Positions 39,750-50,169 of a stretch of DNA of 64,000 bases are shown piece by piece (the first letter of the stretch is position 1; each line of letters starts with the position of its first letter). The notes beneath the pieces were generated by a model. The model was given only the letters and a program-made list of their open reading frames with translations. It was not told where the DNA came from and did no database searches. Both the position numbers and the translations under genes were made by a program. Source of the DNA: Xylographa opegraphella (Eukaryota); NCBI GenBank assembly GCA_022813865.1, contig JALDZX010000065.1, forward strand, positions 1 to 64,000, written 5' to 3'.

Positions 39750-39955
39750 TTTGCCAGACGAGTCATGAATGTATTTCTTCCCAGGATTGTGATTGGCTTG
39801 AACAGAATCAACACGCAGGCACACGCAGCGCGTTTTGACTAGGTATTACGTCATTTGCTGACTCCAGGCTTGACGATTTGCCTCAGTTCCAGGCAATTGA
39901 TGACTGATTTGTTATGAAGCTCTAGTAATAATGTACAACATATACCTGAATTACA

Positions 39956-40702
39956 ATGTCACTGGACGCAAGAAAGCGCAGACTGCTGACAGATTTTTTC
40001 CTTCCAACTTCCAAAGCCACCCGGACCGAGTCTGCGGGACCATCAGAGCAAGCGGTTCCTGGTCTGTCACTTTATCCCAATTTTATCAGTCGAGATGAAG
40101 AGACAGGCATACTTGAATTTCTGAATAGTGAGCTTTGCACATGGCGCACAGATCTCAGTCGAAAGACCATGCACTTCGGTGGTGAATACTGTCTCATGCC
40201 ACCAAGGCTATCTAGCACAGGAGTGCACGAGAAAGTTCCCACGGCCAACACTGCATCTGCTCTCAAGCCGCACGTCATACAGGCTCCACCTATGCCTCAG
40301 GAATTCGACTGGTTGATTCAACGAATGACAGACCGGGGTCTGTATCCACAAGATCGGTGGCCGCAGTATTGCATAGTTAACCACTACGATGGAGACCAGG
40401 GTATTTCTTCCCATACGGAGAACTTTTCCTTTGCTCAACCAGTCGTTGGCTTATCTCTTTTAAGTCCGTGTGCCATGCGCTTCCATGAGCTCGTTACTCC
40501 CGATAGTGGATCTGTCAGATCCGGCAAGGCCCAGAAAGCGCGCAGGACGGGAAGGCATGTGGATATAAGGTTACCAGGTAGAAGCTTGGTTGTCATGAAC
40601 GATGACGCTAGGTGGAAGTGGCAACATGAGATTATAAGGAGCAGAAAAGGAAGAGGTGCTGGCTGGGAGAGGGTTAGTCTAACATTCAGGTTGAGGTTGT
40701 GA
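39956..40702 (+). CDS. AlkB-family 2OG-Fe(II) dioxygenase
   Basis: PGLSLYPNFISRDEE, QYCIVNHY..GISSHTE (HxE), VVGLSL, LPGRSLVVM..ARWKWQHEI and RVSLTFR. Confidence 0.88.
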   Translation: MSLDARKRRLLTDFFLPTSKATRTESAGPSEQAVPGLSLYPNFISRDEETGILEFLNSELCTWRTDLSRKTMHFGGEYCLMPPRLSSTGVHEKVPTANTASALKPHVIQAPPMPQEFDWLIQRMTDRGLYPQDRWPQYCIVNHYDGDQGISSHTENFSFAQPVVGLSLLSPCAMRFHELVTPDSGSVRSGKAQKARRTGRHVDIRLPGRSLVVMNDDARWKWQHEIIRSRKGRGAGWERVSLTFRLRL

Positions 40703-41433
40703 TAGTATAAAGCTCTTTTCTTGTCGTAGTCGCCACCCGAGGGAGTATCATGTTATCCTATATTGTTTATTACTTACTGTTGACTCACAACTTCGAGAAT
40801 CACTTTCAACCGCCGTTCTGATAATCTGCTCAGTGAAACTGTGTTTTGGTCGAGCAAAAGCATATCTGGGACGATGTCTTCCGGGATGACACAATGAACA
40901 TCCGGATACACGGTGGACTTCAAGGTCACTGCAGGCCGAGCGCCGGCTTTGTCATTGATCCACCCGCATCAGCCTGATAGCACTGGTGTGCCATAAGGTC
41001 TTAGAGAGAGCTAATGCGACCAAGATCCAACAAACTTTTGCCATGCTCTTAATCGTGTAGCAATCTCAGTGAGCGCCTTGGGCTATTGACAACTGTCCTG
41101 GGCAAAATGGAATGGGTGTTGCTATAAAAAGCTGATCCTCATAGGCGGAAGGCTGCTCGAGATAGGTCGCTCATATAATATAAAGGGACATTTGTTGATG
41201 ATCCGACGAAAACTTCAATTAAACAAAATCACGTGACAAGCTTAAATATTAGTAGTACAAGTGAGTAGATATTGCAAGAAAGTCGATCTCAATCGTGCTG
41301 CATTATCAGCAGCAATACAGTGATAAGGTCGAACGAAGTCAGTGAAGCTGAGTCGACCGAGAGTCCCAAACCTGAGACGCCTTGCCAAGACGGAAGTTGC
41401 CGGAAACATTGCACTGGCGAAGAGCTGCATCCA

Positions 41434-41451
41434 GAAGTTTCGTGCACTTTC
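41434..41451 (+). promoter_or_regulatory. Candidate gapped heat-shock element upstream of HSP88
   Basis: GAAgtTTCgtGCActTTC in 5-bp nGAAn register, ~190 nt upstream of the ATG of a heat-shock gene. Confidence 0.4.
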
Positions 41452-41636
41452 GATTTTTGGCTTTAACGAGCCAGAAAAAAGTTCACCGCAAGCGCCCCCT
41501 TCATAACCACATTCAATGCTGCATCCTACCTTTATCTGAATCGGGAAGCTGAACGCCCATCAATTTAAACTAGATTTCTGTCCTTCTGTTGCTTCGAAGT
41601 AACGCAGCAGCAGCCTAACCGACAAACACCGCGAAG

Positions 41637-44181
41637 ATGAGTGTCGTGGGGGTTGATTTGGGTACCTTGAACACCGTCATCGCAGTCGCTCGGAATCGAG
41701 GTGTCGATGTGGTGAGTGTCTACCTTCGATGCAATGCTTCGTTTATGAACGCTGACCATGTCCTAGATCACAAATGAAGTTTCGAATCGTGCGACACCGT
41801 AGGGCACCCGATGAGTATATGTTTGCTCCAGAAACTAACTCTCACCCAGTTCCCTCGTAGGCTTTGGGCCTAAAAGCAGATACCTAGGCGAGCCAGCAAA
41901 GACACAAGAGATATCCAACCTTAAGAACACCGTTGGATCCTTGAAACGACTGGCCGGCCGCTCCCTGGATGACCCAGATATACAAATCGAGAAAGACTAC
42001 GTATCATGCAACCTGATCGACACCAATGGCCAAGTCGGGGCGGAGGTGTCGTACCTAGGCAAGAAAGAGACATTCACTGCGACTCAGTTAGTCTCCATGT
42101 TCCTGAACAAGATCAAAGCCACCGCTTCCGCTGAGCTCAAGCTACCTGTTTCCGATATGGTTATGAGTGTTCCGCCGTGGTTTACCGATCGTCAGCGGAG
42201 GAGCCTGGTGGACGCTGCAGAAATTGCGGGATTGAAGCTCCTCAGGTTGATCAACGACACCACAGCAACTGCGCTTGGCTATGGTATTACAAAGCTCGAT
42301 TTGCCGACAGCAGAGGAGAAGCCAAGGCGTGTATGTTTTGTCGACATTGGTCACAGTACCTACTCGTGCTCGATTGTAGAATTCAAGAAGGGCGAATTGG
42401 CTGTCAAATCTACAACATACGACAGACATTTTGGCGGTCGAAATTTTGACAAGGCGCTGGTCGACCACTTTGCGAAAGAGTTCAAGGAAAAATACAAAAT
42501 CGATATTCACACAAACCCCAAGGCAGTCGTGAGAGTCGCAGCAGCTGCGGAGAAGATGAAGAAGATTCTGTCAGCGAACGCGCAAGCTCCGTTGAGCATT
42601 GAGTCGCTAATGAACGATGTCGATGTCTCTGCCATGATGAAACGTGATGAGCTCGAGGAATTGATCAAGCCATTACTCGACCGCGTCACGGTCCCTTTGG
42701 AACAGGCGTTGGCCGAGGCGAAGCTAAAGGTAGAAGACATTGATGCAATCGAAATGGTTGGTGGATGCACCCGTGTTCCATCTTTGAAGGAGCGAATCAG
42801 CAAGTTCTTTGGCAAGACTCTTTCTTTCACCTTGAACCAAGATGAAGCTGTAGCACGAGGTTGTGCCTTCAGCTGCGCGATACTCTCTCCTGTCTTCCGT
42901 GTACGGGACTTCTCGATTCACGACATAGTCAATTACCCGATCGAGTTCAATTGGGAGCAGTCCCCAGATATACCCGATGAGGATACGAGCTTGACAGTCT
43001 TTAACAAGGGTAACGTCATGCCCTCGACCAAGATACTTACTTTCTATCGCAAACAGCCATTTGATCTAGAGGCCCGATATGCTAAAGCGGACATGCTACC
43101 CGGCAAGATGAGCCCTTGGATAGGTCGCTTTTCCGTCAAAGGTGTCAAAGCAGATGCAAAGGATGATTTCATGACCTGCAAGCTCAAAGCTCGTCTCAAT
43201 CTTCACGGAATTCTCAACGTCGAGTCGGGTTACTACATTGAAGATGTGGAAGTGGAAGAACCTATTCCCGAAGAGAAGGAGAGTGAGAAGAATGAAGGTG
43301 ATAAAAAGGAAGGCGATGTACGTTGCAATCTATCTTCTCATGCATCCCCTAACACTGAGGCTGAGGACGTCCTCGCCTCCGCTCCACGTTCGAAGTTGAG
43401 AACCATGTTTCATAACGTTCGCGCCGGCATGAAGCGAAAGCCTTCTACCTCTCCCAATTCAGAACTAACACTTCGACGTGATCAGGCAATGGAGACAGAC
43501 CCTTCGAGCACCGAGCAGAAGCCCAAGACCCGCAAAGTCAAGAAGCAAGTCCGCAAAGGCGACCTTCCTATTGTGCAGGGAACCTCGTCGCTCGATCAAT
43601 CAATCAAAGACGCCGCGGCAGAACGCGAAGGCACTATGTTTATGGAAGATAAGCTTGTGATGGACACAGAAGACAAAAAGAACGAATTGGAGGGTTACAT
43701 CTACGAGCTACGTGGCAAGATCGATGAGCAATATGCCGAGTTCGCGAACGAGGAAGAGAAGGAAAAGCTGAAAGCCAAACTTGAACAAGCAGAAGTAAGC
43801 TTCCCAACTGTCCCCTTCGTTAGTTCTAAGTGCAGTAAAGGTTTCTAACCTGCTCTATTACAGGATTGGCTCTATGACGAGGGCGATGACGCGACCAAGG
43901 CCGTCTACATCGCGAAGATGGACGAGATTCGCTTCGTGGCCGGTCCGATCGTTGCACGTTACCTTGACAAGCTCGAGGAGGAGCGGCAGATCGTGCTAAA
44001 GGCGCAGGAAGAGAAGGCGGCGAAGATCAAGGCTGAATCGGAGGCTAAGAAGAAGGCGGAAGAGGAGGCGAAGAAAGCGGCGGAACCAAAGAACGAAGCG
44101 GAGGCGCCGGCCACGAATGGTGAGGACGTGGACATGAAGGATGCGGAATCGGGGAAAGTAGATGGTGAGGAGCCGAAGTAG
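41637..44181 (+). CDS. SSE1: Hsp110-family chaperone Hsp88/Sse1
   Basis: MSVVGVDLGTLNTVIAVARNRGVDV|ITNEVSNRATP, LINDTTATALGYGITK, TLNQDEAVARG and EDKKNELEGYIY..|DWLYDEGDD. Introns ~41712-41766, ~41799-41849, 43318-43485 and ~43795-43863. Confidence 0.97.
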
Positions 44182-45880
44182 ACGACCGGTGGCGGGCAGT
44201 GGGTAATGCACCAAGGTACTTGGGATTTGAAGCATGACGGACGCATAGATGGTATGGAGCGCGGATAGACCGTAAGCGGAGTGGAGCGCAGGGGCTTTGT
44301 CTGCTGGCTGCTCGGCTATTTATGGCGGTGGGATGTGAGCAAGAGACGTACGTATTACGATAGATCAAAATAAATCAATGAATGCAAGCGATATGAACTT
44401 CAGAACTACTCCCCGATTCGGACCGATTCGGGATTGGAAGTTTGACGATTGGATTGTGTAAGTGATCACTTGTTGCTTTGCGGCTTGAAAGGGACAGCTC
44501 TCCATTCACGAATCTGAGTACGTTGCCTCCAATGGCGATCAGAGTATGCTTTGAGGAAGTGGTCGTCAAGGCTACAAGCTTCCCTGACACCTCGCGCCCT
44601 CAGTCGTGCACACGAGTTTCTCGAGCAGCAGTGCCAAAAATATCTCTAGAAAAGGTCGCCCTGCAAATCAGTAGGAGATATCAGAAGCACTGAGGGCTTA
44701 TGGTTTCCACAATGTATAAATACCACCTCCTTCATACAACACTTCTCTGCCGTGTGCCGAACGGAGTCTATGAGCTGTCCGGGTCTGGGACAATAACCCC
44801 TTGCCTGCGAAACAACCACTTCTCGCACGAGAGGACTCTATTTCTGCGCTCCTTATGAGATGGGCGAGTGTAGAGCTCCTGACGTGGTCAAGACTTTGCA
44901 AGATAACACTTCATATGCTGGTCGTTTTCTGGAATGACTTGCGAAGAACGACCCTTCCCACGATCGATATACCGCTCAAAGAAGTGTTCAGTCCCTTTCA
45001 TCGAGATGCGTATCGATCAGAGCCACTTCTACGCGATTCTTTATAGCTAGGTGGATATATCAGACGCTTGGAGAAGCATCAGTCGACGGCTCTGCCCAGA
45101 ATTGGTAGTTATAGCGGACCATACCGGTCAATAGTGATAAGTGTTGACGTACCGGTGTCGAGCGATACGATCCGTTCCCAGAGGGCTTCCAAATGGAAGC
45201 TGTACTGCTCGAGTCCAGGAGATATAGATCCTCGATCGGTGACCCACCGCTTGAACATGTCTCGATATAGTATTACACAACCCACGGTAGTTGAGAAGAT
45301 GGACTTCCATCCCTGTCTAGGAAAGTCTCGAAAAGAGGCCTTTTCAATGATGTGATACTATTCGAAACGGACGGCCGTCAACTCTACAATGGCGACAGAC
45401 GCCAAAGATCAGTAGGAGCGGCGCAACGAACAGGTACGCTGGCTAGGCCCGAGCAGCGATACTAGCAGGTGTTCAAAATCCTGATTACTAAGACAATGGT
45501 TAAGATGATGACAATAAAACGATGGCGCTCACTACCCAGTGAATAAAGAAACAAAAGTAAGCAAAAAAATCGGTCGAAAGTACAGGAGGCCTTGAGAGCT
45601 TCTCGGGTGCTTTGGATCGCCCAAAGGCGCAGATGAGACTGCTGACTTGACATAGCGAGCGGACAATCAGTCAACATCATATCAATGTGATCATATCTTT
45701 GCATCAAGACATCGATGATACTATATACACGAGAAACATGTCCTGGCTTCGAAACCTGACGTTGTCAAACCACAGCAGATTGTCGAGCACGAAAATACAG
45801 TGTCATAATTCTTCACTCAGGCCATGAATGATTCCGATTGAATAGGTCCCACGCTAGTGCAAAATGCTGACAATAGCTAT

Positions 45881-45886
45881 TATAAA
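45881..45886 (+). promoter_or_regulatory. TATA element ~30-35 nt upstream of tRNA-Glu
   Basis: TATAAA at -35..-30 relative to the tRNA 5' end at 45916. Confidence 0.5.
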
Positions 45887-45915
45887 TGACAATAGGGAGC
45901 AATCAATAAGAATTC

Positions 45916-46041
45916 TCCGGTATGGTGTAGGGGTTAACATCGCCCGCTTTCACCGGGCAGCCCCGGGTTCGATTCCCGGTAAATAGTTATCCCGTATTAA
46001 TTCATGAGATTTCAACTCTAACACAATTCTAGGTACCGGAA
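45916..46041 (+). tRNA. tRNA-Glu(TTC) split by a 54-nt GT-AG intron-like insert in the T-stem (exons 45916-45978 and 46033-46041)
   Basis: Acceptor stem TCCGGTA/TACCGGA+A, D-arm GTGT..ACAT, anticodon arm GCCCG-CT TTC AC-CGGGC and T-arm CCGGG-TTCGATT-CCCG|G. The joined length is 72 nt. Confidence 0.9.
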
Positions 46042-46053
46042 CTAACCAAAACC

Positions 46054-46061
46054 TTTTTTTT
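46054..46061 (+). terminator. RNA polymerase III oligo-T terminator of tRNA-Glu
   Basis: T8 run 12 nt after the discriminator base. No T4+ run occurs earlier in the gene or the insert. Confidence 0.75.
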
Positions 46062-46907
46062 CTCGATTTTTCCTGGCCTCCTTATTATATGTTTTTTTGT
46101 GGACAACCTTTTTACGTACAGATATTGAGGCTATAGACAGGAATCCAACTTCATGTCTGCGTATACGAGTAACAGAGATGACGCAGAAGATAATCTGCCC
46201 GAGATCGTAGGATAGATTCAAGGAGGACAGCCAATCTTTTTGAATACAGAAAGCTTCAGCACTTGATGTCAATGAACAGGACGAAGGATGTCGTCCTCGG
46301 CTAGAATAACATCAATGGACATGGGTATCTTGTACGAGCACTCAATACACGAATGCTTAACGTGACTCACGATCCGTAGGGCTATAGTTCCATTCGACTA
46401 CGTTACTGAATCAAACTTTTAAAATTAGCCCTTATAATTTAGCCCTCGTCTACCTGCATTTCTAGATTAAGGACGGCGTGGTTCATGAATGCTGAATAGA
46501 GACAAACAAAAGATGCACCACCGATGCGGAAATTCGCGTTGATAGAAGTGTGCTCCGCTGTGCTCTCTAAAGACGGAAATGTTCAAGTAGATGATAACGC
46601 TGTAAAGCCCATTATGATCCTGACGCCGATATGAAAACTGAACCTCTGAAGAAGCCATTCGAAATCCGACCATCCATCCATTTCTCGCCAAGCCTACCCC
46701 TGTCCTTCAAGGGCTTGCTAACCTTTCGCTTAGCAGCCATCCAAAATCCCACTAGCGCCTCCTCACACGACTCACCAACACCAACCGCCTCAAACTTCCT
46801 CCACCACAGTGTTCAAAACCAGCGACTCTGCCCTCCTAACTCTCTCGAACTCCAAACTCAAGGGCAATCGATCAAATCCATAATCGTTAACTCAACAAGT
46901 CGCAAAG

Positions 46908-47412
46908 ATGGTACGTCGCAAGCTTCAGCCGCGCACAAAATCCATGACGAATTCCACTTTCGCGCCCCTCATTTTCGATCTCCGGTCTCCGAATGATCGT
47001 TGCAAAATGCTAATGCTCTATGAATAGGTTCTCGCAGTTGATCTTCTAAACCCAACGCCTGCGGCGGAGGCTCGTAAGCACAAGCTCAAGGTACGTCTTT
47101 GTGGGAACCTTTGCCACACACACTGTACCCAGCTCGAAAAACCATCATCAAAACATCCCAAGACTCCTTTCCACTTTTCAACCTATTGCTCGGAACACAG
47201 CATCACTAACACATTCCCTCCACTTCCAGACTCTTGTACCCGCCCCCCGCTCCTTCTTCATGGACGTCAAATGCCCCGGCTGCTTCACCATCACGACCGT
47301 CTTCTCGCACGCCCAGACCGTCGTCATCTGCGCCGGCTGCTCGACCGTGCTCTGCCAACCCACCGGCGGAAAGGCGAGACTCACAGAGGGCTGCTCGTTC
47401 CGGCGAAAGTAG
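46908..47412 (+). CDS. RPS27: 40S ribosomal protein S27 (eS27)
   Basis: [84 protein letters not shown]. Introns 46911-47027 and 47091-47229. Confidence 0.98.
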
Positions 47413-48497
47413 ATTGGTGCGGAGGGAGGGCCGGTGCGGGGGGAGCCGGGTGATACCAAATGGACATGGCCAAAAGCGGGATAGAAGATGGGATCTTGCC
47501 TCTGGCTATATGTGCATAGACGGGAGTTCCGGATATCTTGCGGAGGATAGCTTTGCGGAGATATGCGTCGAAATTTCAGTAGGGAGGGGTCGGAGAGTTG
47601 TAGGTTAGGGGTGCTTTCCGTGGTGATAGTGAATGCATGGTGATGTTGAGCGAATTCGGTATATCTTGCTGGGTGCATTGAGTGACATGTGATACGTGAC
47701 ACCATTTTCCAGGTTGGATAACAGTAGCCCTGAAACCAATGCTAGACTGATATCAACACGTCCTTACCGTGTTTACATTCACACATCCTATCATTCAAAT
47801 ATTCACTCCCTCTGTTAATACGCACCAGCCTCGAACCTTTTACAATAACCCTCCACTCATCTCATCTTGCTACGGGACGGTACAGTGACGGCTATCTTAC
47901 ATTACAAATTATCCTCCACCCACAAAGGGCATCACCAAGTATACGCGAAGTCCGTTCATATAAAACATTTACAACATTCTGCACCAAGGTGTATGGGAGC
48001 ATCAAGCCGTGAAAACCCAGAACCGAACGATTGCACAGCCAACAATGCGCGACGTAATCACGGCCTGGAGTTCAATAACCCGTGTTAACCTATCTAGCTA
48101 CATAACAATTGCACGCGGATCTTGGATTCAAAGTCACGAATACCCTCTGCGGTACCAAAATTCGTAGGATACGTATGCCACGAAGTAAAGTAATCGGTGG
48201 GGCGCGTGGAGCCTAGCTGTAGCCATGGCTGTACGAGTGGATGTCCTTTCGCTGATAGTGTGGATAGATGAGCCCGGTACTTGCTTCCGTGCACTGCATT
48301 GGCTGTTGCGGCTGGTGCCCTCAAATGAAGATACACTAGTCCTGCCGACTTGGGCATCACAGAGGTGGATCGCATATCCTCCATTCCATGCTCCACTCCT
48401 GTGGATGCAACAGAATCACCGAATCAGATACTAATGATGTCTGAAGAAGTTACCACCCACAGCCAACAAAGTATGTCGAGACTCGACCCAAAGGGCA

Positions 48498-50169
48498 TCA
48501 ATCAGCTGCCTCCGCCCATCCGCAGTTTATCCATTCCTTGGGCACATCGTCAGGCTTGCTCACACAAGCCCAACTGCAGCCTTGTTTGAGGAATGGCAAG
48601 TGTCCGTTTCCGAGCCCATCCCACCACTCCACCCAGATGGCTCGGGGCATCACAAACGACTTCAGACACTCGCTACACAGCTGCCCTCCAGCTTCTTGGA
48701 GATCCTGTGCCCATTTCAGTGTGTGCCATAGATGCGGTGCCGCGTCTTTCGGAAGTAGATGTATAATTTGACCGAAGTCAGGGCAGGCGCTACAGGCGCG
48801 CAGGGCCAGCTCGAACAGAGACGGCGTTGGTGCAGGCTTATCTGCCCAAGGTCGTGGAGTCGAGGAGTATTGTCCTCTCGCAGATGATACGTAGTTCTTT
48901 GTGACCGCGGGATTCGGACTGGAGCCACGGCACAAGCGACCAGTGATGTCGAGGTATGCTACTGACGAAGATGCCACTTGTCCACTGGTGTTCGGGAAGA
49001 AGCGGCCGTATCCTTCCGGAAGAGAAAGTCCAGGCTTTGTCGAGACAGGTGTTATGAAGGGGTTCGGATGAAAAGCCATCGATGTGAGTTTGCCACGATG
49101 AGCAAGGACCAAGATTTCCCACGGCAAGTAACGTAGGTTGTTGGCGCTCAGGTTCAGGCTCTCAAGGTTGGTGAGATTCAAGATTGAGGGTAAGATCGAA
49201 GTCAACTTGTTTTGTCGAGGACTGAGATCAACTAAATTCTGAAGTTTGTAGATCTCTCCTGGGAGATCTTCAAGATCGTTGTTTGAGATATAGAGGCTTA
49301 TGCGAGGTATCAAGGAGCGATAGGCCTCCTGACTGGGTGGGAAATAGTTGTGGTCTTGGACTGTAAGATAATGCAGCGGTTTTAGAGTTGAGTTCCATAT
49401 CTCTCCAAGTGCTCGTCCACTGTGATGAGCATTAGTGAATATCCGAGGCCAGAATGTTACCACGAAGGATGATTGCTCCGCAGAGCAGCTTCATTCACAC
49501 GTAGAATCAACATTCACATTCATTGAGTGTGAAGAATGCTTACGATAGGTCAATCACTTGACTGTCATCATCCACAAGTTCCTGCACTACACGAGCAGCC
49601 TCTTCCTGAGCAATTTCCTCATACTGCAGTCTGGGGGATGGGCTAACAGGATTGTGTAACGCTGTCCTACTGCGGCAACCGTTCGGAAACCTGCTTTCAG
49701 ACGATTCCATTGGCAGTAATCTCTTCTCGAGGTCTGCCTCGATATCCAGTTCTCCATCATCCGTAGTTTCCGTCTCATCACTACCCATCCATACTGCGCT
49801 GTCGATGTTCCTCTTAAACTCACGCTTTCTGCGGACCGGAGCTGAGCCACCACTTTGGATATAACCCACTCGGTTCTCCCACCAGGTCCCTCGATATTGT
49901 CTTTTTCTGCGATGGGAATCGTAGTTCTCAAGTCCAGGCGGCAGATCATCACTTGAAAAGATTGGGGGATCACTAGAACATGAGGGAATGTCGTCTCTTG
50001 TACGTTTGCGATCTAGTGAAGGAAATCGAGGCCGGTGAGTTATCAAGACTGGTGATGGCAGAACAGGTTCATCGCATGTGGTGATATCCTCGTCGCCCAT
50101 GTCTAACAGGTCGACAGATCTTCCAGCCGTCGTCGCGTTAGTCAAGCCAGCTCCGACGAGACCATCCAT
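48498..50169 (-). CDS. Leucine-rich repeat protein with C-terminal Cys motif
   Basis: LYISNNDLEDLPGEIYKLQNL..QNKLTSILPSILNLTNLESLNLSANNLRYLP, PSLFELALR and CSECLKSFV..W..PFLKQGCSWAC. Intron 49420-49543 joins the two ORFs in phase. Confidence 0.85.

Noticed and set aside
44400..45400. Coding-like sequence with several short ORFs (similar patches at 50600-51300 and 58400-59300)
   Set aside because: No recognisable motif or consistent frame. These may be old gene or TE relics but cannot be supported by eye.
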